Assembly: GCA_030167865.1 (NCBI GenBank)
Contig: JALAGF010006634.1
Location: 1-44,595, forward strand
DNA from: Craspedostauros australis
Taxonomy: Eukaryota
Direction: 5' to 3'
Length of the DNA stretch: 44,595 bases
A program made the translations under genes and the position numbers. The notes below the pieces were generated by a model. The model had not been told where the DNA came from. It did not search any database and was given only the letters and a program-made list of their open reading frames with translations. Position 1 is the stretch's first letter, and each line of letters begins with the position of its first letter. Of the stretch, positions 30,388-42,376 are shown piece by piece.

Positions 30388-33300
30388 GGTTGGAGAAGTG
30401 AATGTGCTCTTGGAATGTACTGTGCTCTTGAGATGTGCTACCTCCTCTGAAGTGCGAGTGCGAGTGCGAGTATGCTGTTTTTATGATGGGCTTGTGACTA
30501 CTCGCAACCTTGGTCGGTTTTCGTCGATGGGATGATGTGGTTGTTCTCCTGGTCAGAGTCTTCTGATTTTGGTGGCAGAGAGAGCCGTGGTTGCAGGGTG
30601 ATTGGCTGGCTTGCTGGCTGGGCGTTTGTTGATCCAATGCAGAAGCGTTTACGTCAGTGGTGGTGGCGATGTCCTCGTCCTTGGCGTTGTTGGCGGTGTT
30701 GGCGTTGTTGAAGATGTTGGCGGGATTTGTGAGAGTTGTGAGAGATTGGTTGGCTTGGCTTCGTTTGTGCAGTTCAGCGTTTTGTGCTTCTGTCAAGGGA
30801 TGGCGACGGTAGGAATTGTCGCGAAATGAGGCTGTGCATCTCGGGTGACCTTCTGTTTGTGCCTGTCAATCTTGTGGGCATACGATCGTGCATCATGATG
30901 TTCACGAGGGGCCTGCAACATTGCAACAGTTCCAACGGTGTCTTCGGCAGGGGAATAACAAGAAGCAGCTTGCGTGTACTTACCCAGCCGCAACAACAAA
31001 GAGAGAGAGAGAGAAGCAAAGAGAAATGACAAGCACAGCACGAGCATGATGTGCCGTGGTATGTACGTCCGCATCTGGCAGCGGCTGTCGGCAGCCGCCA
31101 CAGGATTCTGTGGGAAAAAATGAGGATTGTGCCCATGACATTTCCGTGAAAACACGTCCAAGAAATAGGCCGGCTGTTGTTGGCGCTTCGCAAAATGTCG
31201 CACGTTCTCCAATAATAAGTCGTTGTGGGCAGCGCCACGACCAAAAGAAACAACAACCAAGATGGGGCGTTTGTCCTTGACGATTTGTCCTGGGCGATTT
31301 GTCCAACGCAGATCTTCCTTTCATGTGCCAATGCCCGTTGGATTCCGAACTCCCGTTTCATGTGTTTTTGCCTTGGTGCAAGGTTGGTTTGGGCTGATCC
31401 AGAGAGACGAGCACAAGGAAAAGAAAACGAAACAGCCCACCACGGAGTGGGCACAGGCTGGCACTCACTCTGAGTGCGCATGTTCGTGCATGAGCCATGT
31501 GAGCTGCTCGACAAATGTGGACGATCATCGTACCAGTGTGTAGGGCACGGTACATCCAAACATCCAAACATCCATACATGCTGACCTCCGATACGCAGCG
31601 GGTGCATTGTGCGGATACGACTGCCTCCATCAAATGAGGCAAGGAGACGTGACACATTTGTCGCAGGCGAGGGACTCGCAGCGTTTGATGCCTCCGAAGA
31701 TTGGTCTCGGATTGATCATGTGTTGGAGATGTCATGCGAGCGTCGACTTTGGGCAAGGGTCTTGTCACACCGAGAGAGGACATTTCTGAAGGGACAACAA
31801 AAGGTTGTACTCGGGCCAAAAGCGGAACAGATGCATCATTTGTTTCTTCGCGGTTGTGCTGTATGAGCGGGAAACGAATCTCAGCGCCTCTGGACATCCT
31901 GGCAATCCTCACGAGCAAGACCCAGTGCAGGTAGTAGGACGTGCTGCCACAATCGCAACGCGCACAAAAAACGAGCAGGAAGAAAGGTCCCTCGGCCGAC
32001 CTCGGAACTGTGTTTGCCTATTTGATGTGCGTGTACGAGTACAACTTCAGAAGAGCATACCAAACGTACATCGCAGAGAATTTCACTCTTCCGCAAGTTT
32101 TGGTGTGGATGTCATTGGACGCGGAGCCTGGGGCCGGTACCGCTATTAGTAAGAATACATTTTTGCACCGCTGTGTCCGCAACGCAGGCCGTGACCGTAT
32201 GACAACAGGTCTGGAGGAATCATGTAAGAGAAGGGAGCTCCCGCGCCATAATGGGCAAGGAGGATGGGTTTTGCGATTTGCAAAGTATAATATTCTATGT
32301 ACGAGCCAGACCATGCAATCGCACCTCGGAGACGTGGACGGACTACCAGTGTCAATAGTCGCCGTACGAGTATGGTAGCGCATGGTCGTCTTCCACCCAT
32401 CATAGCTCAGTTCAGTTCGTCCATGCATGGTGCCCACAGATGTCGCGAATCTGGACGGCCGCAGAGACGCTGCGTTGCTCCATCGTGTGGCGGCATGAGT
32501 CGACTCACCCGGACGAAGGCCGCGAAGCATGGCCTCCCCGAGATTGGGCGATGGCACATCGCCTGTCGGACAACTTGGATCAAAGCGGCGCAAACTTGGA
32601 GTTCGATGATGGACCGCTTTGATGCCGATTGCTTATCGCGGATTGCGCTGATCTACGACTATGTGGAGACACCAATGTGACTACGGCACAGGTCTCGTAT
32701 AATAGAGTGCAGGACTCCGCAGGGGAATCGGCGCCGAGTGACATTCAGCAACCAAACTCTATCGGCCCTCACTCCATGCCCTGGTTGTATTCGCCCGCCA
32801 CGAAGAAGGGGGACCAATTGTGACGTCATGGTTGGAGGTTGGTGATCGATGCTCGCTGCGAGCACGAGCTATCGATGAGGTTTGGTCGCTCGTACAAGCA
32901 CGAGTACGAGTAAGAGTACTCCAAAAAGCAGGAGCACAGTGCCTTGGTCGTGGCCATCCCTCTTCGCTCCTGCTGATGATACGTAGAACAGCTCTCTCGC
33001 TCTTCGTTTCGACAAACAACGCCCATGGAAATGATCACCCCATCCTCTTCATACGACTAGACCAAGATAGGACAAGATGTCTCATGACCATGATCACAAA
33101 CATCTACTCTCCGCCGAGATGAAGTCGATCTTCGCCACAGGCCGAGCGACTGTTTTGCTGCCGATTCGCCATTTTCGATGATTTATCTCATGTCCGTTAG
33201 AGTACTCGGTTTGGACATAGTCCATTGAGTCGTAAACGGACATACATTGAAACGAGTGATGAACAGACCGAATATTTGACTGTTTCATATCGTATCTTTC

Positions 33301-33583
33301 GTTGTTTGATTTCAACCACAAACACAACAACAACAATGCCAACGACAACAGTTTGTGAGCAATGGAAGGGAGACGAAGGAGCGAAATGGGCGACCATGAG
33401 GATCAGCGGCTGCGACCGATCTGATTGCACTTGGACTCCTGCTATGCTACGAGCACTGTTATAGAGACTGTGGCAGCATCGTTCAATCCTATTCTATTCT
33501 ATAATATTATATTCGAGGTCGTCTTATACTATACAGCAGAATACAGTGTTGCAAAGAGCGTTCGACGAACTGACTCTACAACC

Positions 33584-34615
33584 ATGACGAGCAGCTCCAT
33601 TTCGATGCAGAGATGCCTCTCGGTCCTCTGTGTGGTGGTTCTCGTGGGAGGAGCATCCGCGTTCCAGGGTGCGATCGGCTCCACCGCCTTCCGCAGGTCG
33701 CCCTCGAGCACAGCAAGACCAGCGGCGGTTGGTGTGGACAGCGATGGCGATCACTTCCAAGCTGAAAACACGGACAAGTCGGTGGCGACGTCAGCAATCT
33801 CGCGACGATCCTCGCTCGGCCTTCTTGCTTGCGGATTGCTCGCATCATCCACATTGGCGCCGTCCATCGCCAACGCCGACGCATCGACCGCATCGCAAGT
33901 CACGGACAAGATCTACCTCGACGTGAAGGGCATCCCGCAGTACGCCGCCGACGGCACGCAGCTTCCGCCATCCAGCGCCACGCAGCGCATCGTCATTGGG
34001 CTGTTCGGTGAGCAGGCACCAGACTCCACCAACAAGCTGAAGCAGCTCGTCTCGGGCAATGGATTGCCGGCCGAATGCAAGCCGCGCGAGGAGCGCACGC
34101 TGCAGAGAGAACAGCTCGAGGCCAACAAGGTCTACAACTCCTGCGTGGAGGGTCAGGACAAGGGCGTCACGTACGATTACGCGCAGGTGTGGCGCATCCT
34201 CGCCAACGAGCGCATCGACGTGGGCGCCGTGGCGGGTCGGTTCGTGGCGCGCGAGAGCCCGTTTTGGTCGGAGCGCAGCGCGACGTCGTTGCCGCATGAT
34301 CGCGCTGGGCTCGTGTCGGTCAAGCGCGGCACCGACAGCGGATTCGGCTTCACCATTCTGCCGTCGGCCAACAAGGATCTGGATGGCGACTTCATCGTCG
34401 TGGGACAGGTGATCGAGGGCATGGACATCGTGCAGCAGATCAACGCGATGCCCGTCGTCAGGTCGTCCAATGTCAGCTACATGGCGCTGTCGGGCGGGCC
34501 CAAGAACAAGTCGGCGCCGACCAGGAGCTGCAGGTACGGGTCGTCAGATCTTTATTGCAACGAGAACAAGCCATTGCAGAAGCTCACCATCCTGAGAACG
34601 GGGGTGTTGTCGTGA
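33584..34615 (+). CDS. Cyclophilin-type peptidyl-prolyl isomerase-like protein, thylakoid lumen targeted (CYP26-2/CYP28-like), 343 aa
   Basis: The signal peptide ends ASA|F, followed by a twin-arginine SRRS, a hydrophobic stretch and an ANA cleavage site. Cyclophilin motifs are VTDKIYLDV, RIVIGLFG, HDRAGLVS, GFGFTI and LDGDFIVVGQVIEGMDIV. Confidence 0.88.
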   Translation: MTSSSISMQRCLSVLCVVVLVGGASAFQGAIGSTAFRRSPSSTARPAAVGVDSDGDHFQAENTDKSVATSAISRRSSLGLLACGLLASSTLAPSIANADASTASQVTDKIYLDVKGIPQYAADGTQLPPSSATQRIVIGLFGEQAPDSTNKLKQLVSGNGLPAECKPREERTLQREQLEANKVYNSCVEGQDKGVTYDYAQVWRILANERIDVGAVAGRFVARESPFWSERSATSLPHDRAGLVSVKRGTDSGFGFTILPSANKDLDGDFIVVGQVIEGMDIVQQINAMPVVRSSNVSYMALSGGPKNKSAPTRSCRYGSSDLYCNENKPLQKLTILRTGVLS

Positions 34616-36111
34616 TCGTCGTTGCAACGATGTGAGTATGGTATCTCGTGGTCGTACGGTATCGCAGCAGGCGGCACATGTGGGAAAGTGATAAATTCGC
34701 TTCGGTCTACCATAAATCTAGAGACAGCAAGCGCGTGCCCATCGCCCCAACACCACGCTCGCCTGTTCCGATAGCAACGAATGAACGATGCCTTTGTCAG
34801 ATGTGCGCCAGAACACGCACTTGAGGCGTTGCACAAGACCAGAGCGAGCCCCACTTCACTTCACATGTCGGAGTCACTTGCGCGCTCAAGTCCGTAGCGA
34901 GTCATCGATGCCTTTTTTCCAGACGAGCATCCGCTTCAGTGCGTTCGCAGGTGTGGAGACAGAGTACTATTATCTTGCAGGGGACTATGTACGCATGTCT
35001 TAGTGGTTAGATCCATTGTTGAACTGACAAAACCCTCCTGCGAACGCCCACCAGCAGCGCCACCAGTACCCGTATCCAGCGCAAAAAAGGAGAGTTCCAA
35101 CAGAAAACAACCCAGCTTCGCATGACTCGGACACCAAAGCGCCGATGATGAATGCCAATTCGCACCACTGGTGATGTTGCGGTATTGGTTGGGAACACGC
35201 CAAACACGCGATGCGCAGAGAGGAGACAGAGAACGCGCCACTGCCACCGTGTTGGGGTGCATCGATGGCGCGTGTCGCATGCTATCGCGCCATGACTCTG
35301 CCATACCTGTGCGCAATCATAGAATACGTATTAACGTGCAGACCTATCCTACACCAAGCACTGCTGCTTGGTTGTTGCCGTGTTCTGCTTATGTACTAAC
35401 TATGCTCCGGAGTTCACGTGGATGTCGATAAGCATGCGCGCCTATCGGCGGCGTGGCTTTCAGCCGCCAGATGTTGGCTGGTGAACGCCATGATCGTGTT
35501 GTCGGTTGCGAAATCGAGATCTCTGTGAGTGACTGGAACTTTCTGTGCCTCTTCGTTGCTGTGCCGGAGATGATACAATTCCGTGCCAACCACTTAACCT
35601 TTTGGGTCGTGGGTCTGACCTAGGTAGATTGTTCGCCTGTGCGGACTGCAACGACGCCATGAGAAACCGAACTGCTGTGTTGCCGATACTTTCGCAGTAC
35701 TCGATGCGAAGATATAGTACAAGTACCCGTAGTGGCAGTAGCAGTAGAGCATCGCGATGGTGAGATCGAATGACAGGAAGCGTACCAACACCAGCAGTAC
35801 CAGAGCGGGGAGGACTTGGTGGTCCAATTTTCCTCTTCTTGGCTATCATCCCTGTGGAGATGGGAGCTTGCGGGTGTTGTTGGTATGCTGATGATGGCCA
35901 TTGCTGAACCGTTTCGAACCTTGCCACTCCCGTGCTCCATCTTGTATCACGTTGGCGTCAGCGCTGGTCGATTTGTTGCTTGTTCACTCTCTTGATCGCT
36001 GTCTGTTTGACCAGCGTAGTCAGACCACTGCACAAAGCAGATGTCTCCCAACTGAGTATACTAGTTGCGAGCATCGCGTGCAGCGGCTGATGGGACGAAA
36101 GGCAGCGGAAC

Positions 36112-36615
36112 TTAGCATTGGAGGACGGAAGCGGCGCCGCCGGCTTCCAAGAAGCGTCCCTGCACCCGGTCGCATCTGACGTTGCGGTCAGCGAATTCCT
36201 CACAGCCCAGGACGTTGCAGTAGGTGTTGCAAAGGATCTCCTCTTGCTTTGTGTTGGTCGCGTCCGAACAGACAAAGTCCAGCTCCTCGTAGATGATGTT
36301 GCCATCCCCGTCGGTCTTGCGTATTCTCGGGCCGCGCTCTCCGAGGAAGTTGCGTCCGCGTCCCAGGGGCGCGTCCGTCGTGATCTCCAGCGATCGGCTG
36401 CCTCTCATGTTGCCGTTGCTGCTGACGACGGCGCTGCCCATGCCGTTGTTGTCGACACCTCCAGCACCGAAACTGAAGAAGCTGGGAGGTGCGAGCCTCT
36501 GGCGAAGGTTGGATCGGGAGGCACCAGCGTCGATCTGGTTCTCGGACAGGACGGTCATGGCCATGCTGGCGAGCACAGCCACTGCGAGCGTGATCTTGGT
36601 GGTGAAGCGTGCCAT
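36112..36615 (-). CDS. Small secreted protein with a C-terminal six-cysteine domain, 167 aa
   Basis: Signal peptide MARFTTKITLAVAVLASMAMTVLS, an Arg-rich pro-region with an R-x-L site (RSL), and a C-x12-C-x3-C-x4-C-x9-C-x18-C domain. The leader is CAA-rich and codons are GC3-biased. Confidence 0.8.
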   Translation of the reverse strand: MARFTTKITLAVAVLASMAMTVLSENQIDAGASRSNLRQRLAPPSFFSFGAGGVDNNGMGSAVVSSNGNMRGSRSLEITTDAPLGRGRNFLGERGPRIRKTDGDGNIIYEELDFVCSDATNTKQEEILCNTYCNVLGCEEFADRNVRCDRVQGRFLEAGGAASVLQC

Positions 36616-38542
36616 GGTTGATGATGTTGATGTTGTTGTTGTTGTTGCTTCAATTGATCTGTGCTGTTGCTGTTGCTGTTACTGGTACTGGTACTGGCGT
36701 TTGTGTCCCTGGCGATAAGATGCTTTTGGAATGCAGAGCAAACGGAGCTGGTCAAGCAGAAGTGAATGCGAGGCGAAGACGCTCGAAGACGCTGGGAGAA
36801 ATGGAAATCGAAGCGCGAGAGGCCAACGAGGAGACTGGTGAAGTGAACTTTGTGAGATCAGTCGCACCCGACAACACCAGCCAACAAATTTTGCCGCCGA
36901 AATTGTTGCCGTTGGCCCCACTCACGCGATTGTTCGCACAAGTCGGGGGATTCTGTTCTTTGCACCAACACGTCGCTCGTTTGCTGGTGCTTGTTGCCGC
37001 CGCCTGCCGCTATCCTGGTATTTATTGGCTGCACCCGTGCGGATCTGGTGGCTTTGGTGCATTCCACACGTTTTCGCGCACCAGCCAAGAGCCCACACGG
37101 GAGAATCTGCCCCTGGGGTCACAGTCACGCGAGACCATGGCTTCCTTCAAGGCGACAATCGCAACCTTCGGTACTCAGTTTCATACAAATCGACACAGTG
37201 AGACATCACCGTGCTTGTACCCGTACAAGTACACGCTATGGCAGCTTAAATCATTCTTGGACATCGCCCAGGGAACTTCCAACCTTTCATATTCTTGCGT
37301 ACAATGACTCATCGCAACGAAATAAAAACCATCATCACCCAAGACTCGCGTCGCATCTGCTCTGCGCATCATAGTGCCGGATGAGGCGAACGTCGTTTAA
37401 TCTGGTGCACGCCCGAATCAGATCCACGTTGGATCACTTCTCGCTTTCACCTGCCAGTTGATATCTTGTTGCGACATTGGAAACATGTGTAAACGTTTGA
37501 AACATTGGATACGATGACCGGATCGTTTTTGACTGAAAATATATATTCCAACGTAGCTTCCAAAAGACGCTAATGGTGCTCTTTTATCGAACAGAATGAT
37601 CACAGTATGTCCGTTATTGATAATATTATCGAACGATTGGTCTGTACTTTTTGTCCGCATTGGTGTCGCATGTATGTCTGTGTTGTGTCTTTTCTGTCAC
37701 GCACCGCAGCCGGGCGATCTGTGGAAATGGACTCAATGGACTACTAGCACTCACGTTTCCGAACGGCGCTGTCTGCCAAAGGAGAGTAGAAAGTGAACGA
37801 GCCGCGTGCTACTCCCCATGCCATGCGCATGGCACAACTCCGTGCGAGTGGGAACACTGAAATGGCTGGCGACTAGTTCTACGTATGCTATTTCCATGCT
37901 TTCATCATGCAAAACACTCGTCTGCTTCGTCCTCTCTCAACACGCTATCGATTTGGATGCTGCAGCGACTTAGGCACCTTCCTTCTTGCGCAGGTACTGC
38001 GGTTGTGGCTTCTCATAACGTTCTGCAATCCTCCACTCCACTCCACTCTACTCTGCTCTACTCTACTCTAACTGAGATGCGATAGAGACTGCTGAGCTCG
38101 AGGAAGTCGACAATTGCAGCACTTGCAGCTGTTTCTACCCGCAGGTCACCAACAGTCTACCGATCCCGACACGATATTGCCAGTTGAGGTGGAACAAATA
38201 TAATATTATAGTTAGACTTGCGGATTGGATCATGTAATACGAGAATGGTGGTGGTGGAAAATAGTACATGTAATGCCATGTAATAACATACCATAATAGT
38301 GCTAGTAGTGTTATTATGTGATGTTTTACTCTTATAATGGTCGCGACTTCGTGCTGCTCATGGATATGGGACTCCAGAGGTAAAGCATGGTAGAAGCCAT
38401 ATCCGTTGCTCCAAAGAGATCACGTACCGTGAAGATACGAGTGGAGTAGCCGTCTGTGTTATACTCAATTCTGCCGGCGCCGCGTCTTTTCGTTCCTGTG
38501 CTCTCCTCTTCTTGTTGCTAGTCGGCGTTCGCTCTTCGTTCT

Positions 38543-38857
38543 TTATGGAGTGGTGTCGTAGCAAGCTGGAAGTTCACGCGCTGGATCCTCGGCATTTCGG
38601 AAGTGTCGTTCGAGACGGGTGCAGCGGCGGCGCCTGTGGCGCTCGCGACGTCCACTGGACGGTTCGGCGCCAACGAACTGTGGGCAATCCAACCTGTTGC
38701 AGAGGAGGTGGCATCCTCGGATATCGCGTCTGCTCTCGAACACGGCGGTGCAGTCAAAGTTATCAGGCTCCGACGTGGCAGTCACCATGTTGGTGGTGTA
38801 CGACATGGCCACAAGGGCGACGACGAGCATGAAGAAGGTGTTGGTGAGCTTGTTCAT
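38543..38857 (-). CDS. Small secreted six-cysteine protein, 104 aa, probable paralog of 36112-36615
   Basis: Signal peptide MNKLTNTFFMLVVALVAMSYTTNMVTA and a C-x12-C-x3-C-x4-C-x20-C-x19-C pattern. The start context is AAAACAATG. Confidence 0.78.
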   Translation of the reverse strand: MNKLTNTFFMLVVALVAMSYTTNMVTATSEPDNFDCTAVFESRRDIRGCHLLCNRLDCPQFVGAEPSSGRRERHRRRRCTRLERHFRNAEDPARELPACYDTTP

Positions 38858-39962
38858 TGTTTTTGTTGTTGGTGGGGCTTGGATCCGTGTGGTGAGTTGT
38901 GGTTGCTTGTGGAGTGGCGTTTGTTCGGACGATGCGATTATGAGATGATGTATTGGTAAACAGGAGATGGATGATGCAAGAAATTCAGCGAGATCTCCTG
39001 TGGAAACAAGGGCGTCACCAACAACAGCACCACCACCAGCAGCAGCAGCATGACCAGTGTCAACAGTATCAGGTTCGACCTAAGAGCGCGTGGAGACAAA
39101 GTGGCCGCCAAATCGATCGATCAGTTGCCGTGCTTTTGCTTTGCTCTGTGCGACACCAAAAGGCGTTGGTGAAGCCCTCGCTACCTTGCTGCGTCGTGAC
39201 GGATGCTCTGTTCTGTCAAGAGAATAAATAACCACAATGACCCTTTCACCAGTTACGTGAAAGACGTGAATCTCTGGAGCCGGACCATGTGCCGTCTGGA
39301 TGCTCCGTCAAGGATGATTGCGAGAGGCATCCAAGAATGACATTGTACATCCTTTTGACATCCTTATCATGGACGCGTCACGCACCATACTGGCAGAGTT
39401 ATATGTATAGTACGCGTACGTGTATGTACGTGTACGTAGGTGTCGATCGTCGGTATGGTATTATCCCAATCTTCGGTTTCGCCAGGCAACCTCCCTCTCA
39501 GATGCGACAGAAGCGACGTTACGAGATCTCATGTGTCCCAACCAGTCATCAAGGAGACATCGCCGCCGTGGATGTGTGAGTGAAATACTCAAGTGAGAGA
39601 GAACAGGGGAGAATAAACTTCGAAATACTCGACGCTCAGAGTACAATACGACTACTCGTCGAATCAACGACCTCCGCACCCCAGCAGGGAGGCGCGGTAA
39701 TGCCATAGATCAAAATATAAGAACGCGAAGGAAAATAAGGAACGAAAACGCAAGGAAATTGTCGTGTCCCAAATCATGTTTTATTTTACAAGCTGAAAGT
39801 AGGTGGAATCGCAGATTGTATTGTTTTCACAACAGAATATCGTTGTTTCCAGATCATTTCTATACGACGATCTGCTCAAAACAAGTGGGTTGACTTCTAC
39901 TGTAGATGAGTGTGTGGGTGTGGCTTGGTTTGATGACTATTATGGTTATGATATGGTAATGA

Positions 39963-42078
39963 TTACTCCTCTGCAGCATTGGACTGATCAGGTGAAGACT
40001 CACCAGATGAAGAGCCGTCTTCGGTCACCCCCAATTGCATCAATGCATCGCCTTCCTCCTCACCAATTGCATGCATGCAATGCTGCTCGTCTCGCAGGCA
40101 TTCTGGAAGGGGAGCATCACTCCATTCGCCACAGAGAAGATGTTGCACACCCTCCTCCAAACGAGGCTAGGCTGCCTCCTGTGCTGCTGCCTCTTGTGCT
40201 GCTGCTTCTGTTGTTGCCCTCTTGCCAGCAGCCTCTTCTGCTGCCTCTGCCCGTACTGCGATTGCCAGAGCTCGGACAGCGAAGGCTCTGGCCCTTGCTG
40301 CTGCTGTTGCCTGCGGGGTGTGGGAAGGTGGGGCGGGAGGCTTGTGGTACTCCACTACGCCGCCATGGAGGCCTGGAGGGGCTGGCGGGGACTTGGTGGC
40401 AGAGCGGCCGGCCGCCATCGCGATGCCATTGGCAATCGCGGTATCCACAGCATGCTTGGTTGGTGGTGGAGGTGGAGGTGGTGGTTCAGCGTGTGGGATG
40501 GCTTCGGTGGTTTTTGTGGCCACCTTCTTGCTCTTCTTCTTCTTCTTCTTCTTCTTCTTCTTCTGGTGTTTGGCCTTGCGAGCGCTTTTCTCGCTTGTCT
40601 TACCAGATGCACTGAAGCGGCTGCTGGTGGCGCTGATGCTTTTTCCCGAGCAGCTCGCCCCGTCGCGATGAGCCTCAGGGAAACACTCGCCAAACACGCC
40701 ACGCTGTTGGGAGAAGAAGTCAGCAAAGCAGTGGGAATCGCGTGGGTGAGTGCGCACATCGAGTCATTGCAGATCGTGAAATTCAGTCATCGTGTTCTTG
40801 CTTACCTCAACTCTTCCTGTCCTTTCATACGTAGATGGCGCATGGCATGTTGCGGTTCCAATGCTGGAGTCATCGCAACGGGAGGGCACACATGTTTTGC
40901 GCGTGTTGAGGTCAAGCCGGGATTGGGGCGTAGTCGCCCCAACCAGCGACAAGCCAGCGATGACAGTGCGCTTATGTGTAGAACGAGCTTGTGGAACAAA
41001 AGAAACGATGGGATGAGAACTGTTCTGTTCCACAACGCGCACGATTAGAACAGGCGCCCTTACCACCCCTTGTTTGTCGTTTGTCTGAACCTCAAGTTCC
41101 AAGTAGTTGATGCCGTTGAGAACACCATCTGTCGCGCGTTCCCATCGATTTGTCACAGCAAACGGCAAATTAACGACCTGAGTTCGCACCGGTGCTCCGT
41201 CGCGCTGTTTCATGCGAGACAATGACTTCATGGTAGCATCCGCACGTGCCTTCTCGTCGATGAAAGGCGACACCCACTGTCCGTTGGCAAGTGTGAAGTC
41301 ATCGCGCAAATGGTCATGCAGAAGTTCCATGTTCGCAAGAGCAGCGTTTTGGGTCACTTCAAGCACAACAGACATGCCGCCAGGCGCGACATGAACACGA
41401 AGGTCTTTGTGGCAAGTGCCACCGGTGAGTTCAAACGCAAGATCAATGACGCGTTCACCATTGTTGTTGCGGTAGAAAGTGCGAGTGACTGGAAGTTCGT
41501 GTTTGTTGTTGGCGTCGAGCCAATTCATGACATCGGCGTCAGTTGTGGCGACTGGTGGTGAAGGAGTCATCTTGGTCGTGGCTGGTGGTGGGTGGTGTGG
41601 AAGGGTGATGGTGGTGGTTGTTTGTTTTGGCGGTGGTGGTGATGGCTTTGTTGCGTTGTTGTTGTCTACCTCGGTTAGGTCGATGTCAGTTCGGATCATT
41701 CGAGAAGCTTCTCGAATCGTTTTTGCGTTCGCAGCAAGCTCAGAAACGGTCGGAGATTCGTTGGGATCTTTCCTGACTGAAACAATCCAATCACGAGTCA
41801 CAAATTATGAGTCACAAATTATGAGTCACGCATACAGTAGTCAAGCAAGTCATGTTTGTCTGCATCGATTCAAGGTACTTACTCTGTTCCTGGCGGACCT
41901 TGGCACGAAGATTCGACAGATTCCGAGGGAATTCGCTCCAGATGAACAGCCGTGCTGTTTCGGACCTCTCCCACACCTCTTTTGCACTCCACTCGGGTTT
42001 GATGGTTTCACTCCGGATTTGGTTTTTGAGCTCTTGCACTTGGGCGCTGCTATACACCCAACGTTTGGGTTTGGCCAT
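39963..42078 (-). CDS. Putative transposon accessory protein, 3 exons; 567 aa to the first stop, or about 635 aa if the TAG at 40169-40167 is a nonsense mutation
   Basis: Exon 1 is 42078-41883 (MAKPKRWVYSSAQVQEL...W...W...FPRNLSNLR). Intron 1 is 41882-41777 (GTAAGT...TTTCAG, phase 1). Exon 2 is 41776-40806. Intron 2 is 40805-40704 (GTAAGC...GCTGAC...CAACAG, phase 0). Exon 3 starts at 40703 and contains poly-K and poly-P. All junctions keep the frame, and the frame continues to 39963 after one TAG. Confidence 0.7.
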
Positions 42079-42376
42079 GTTGCTTTTTGTGTGTTGGTCT
42101 GTGAAACGACAGGTGGTAACATCCTCCCAACCACACTCTTGCAGTGCATCCTGATGTCTTGTTGCAAACCATTGAAACGGCCAGCCTTGTAGTAGTAGTA
42201 GTCCATACGAACAGCAGAGCTATTAAAGTCCTGCCTCTATGTAACAGACTTCGTGGCGGGAACTTCCTGTTTCGGCGCTGTCCCGCATACATGATAGCGC
42301 GTTACACGACAGCATTTAGGCGCGTCTCTACGAGAGCGCCTCCGAAAGTCACAGCAAATCACGCTGTATTGTTCCC

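Noticed and set aside
30400..33400. ORFs 30311-30796, 30774-31655 and 31941-32378
   Set aside because: Non-ATG starts or low complexity, with no recognisable homology. They could be decayed genes but cannot be supported.
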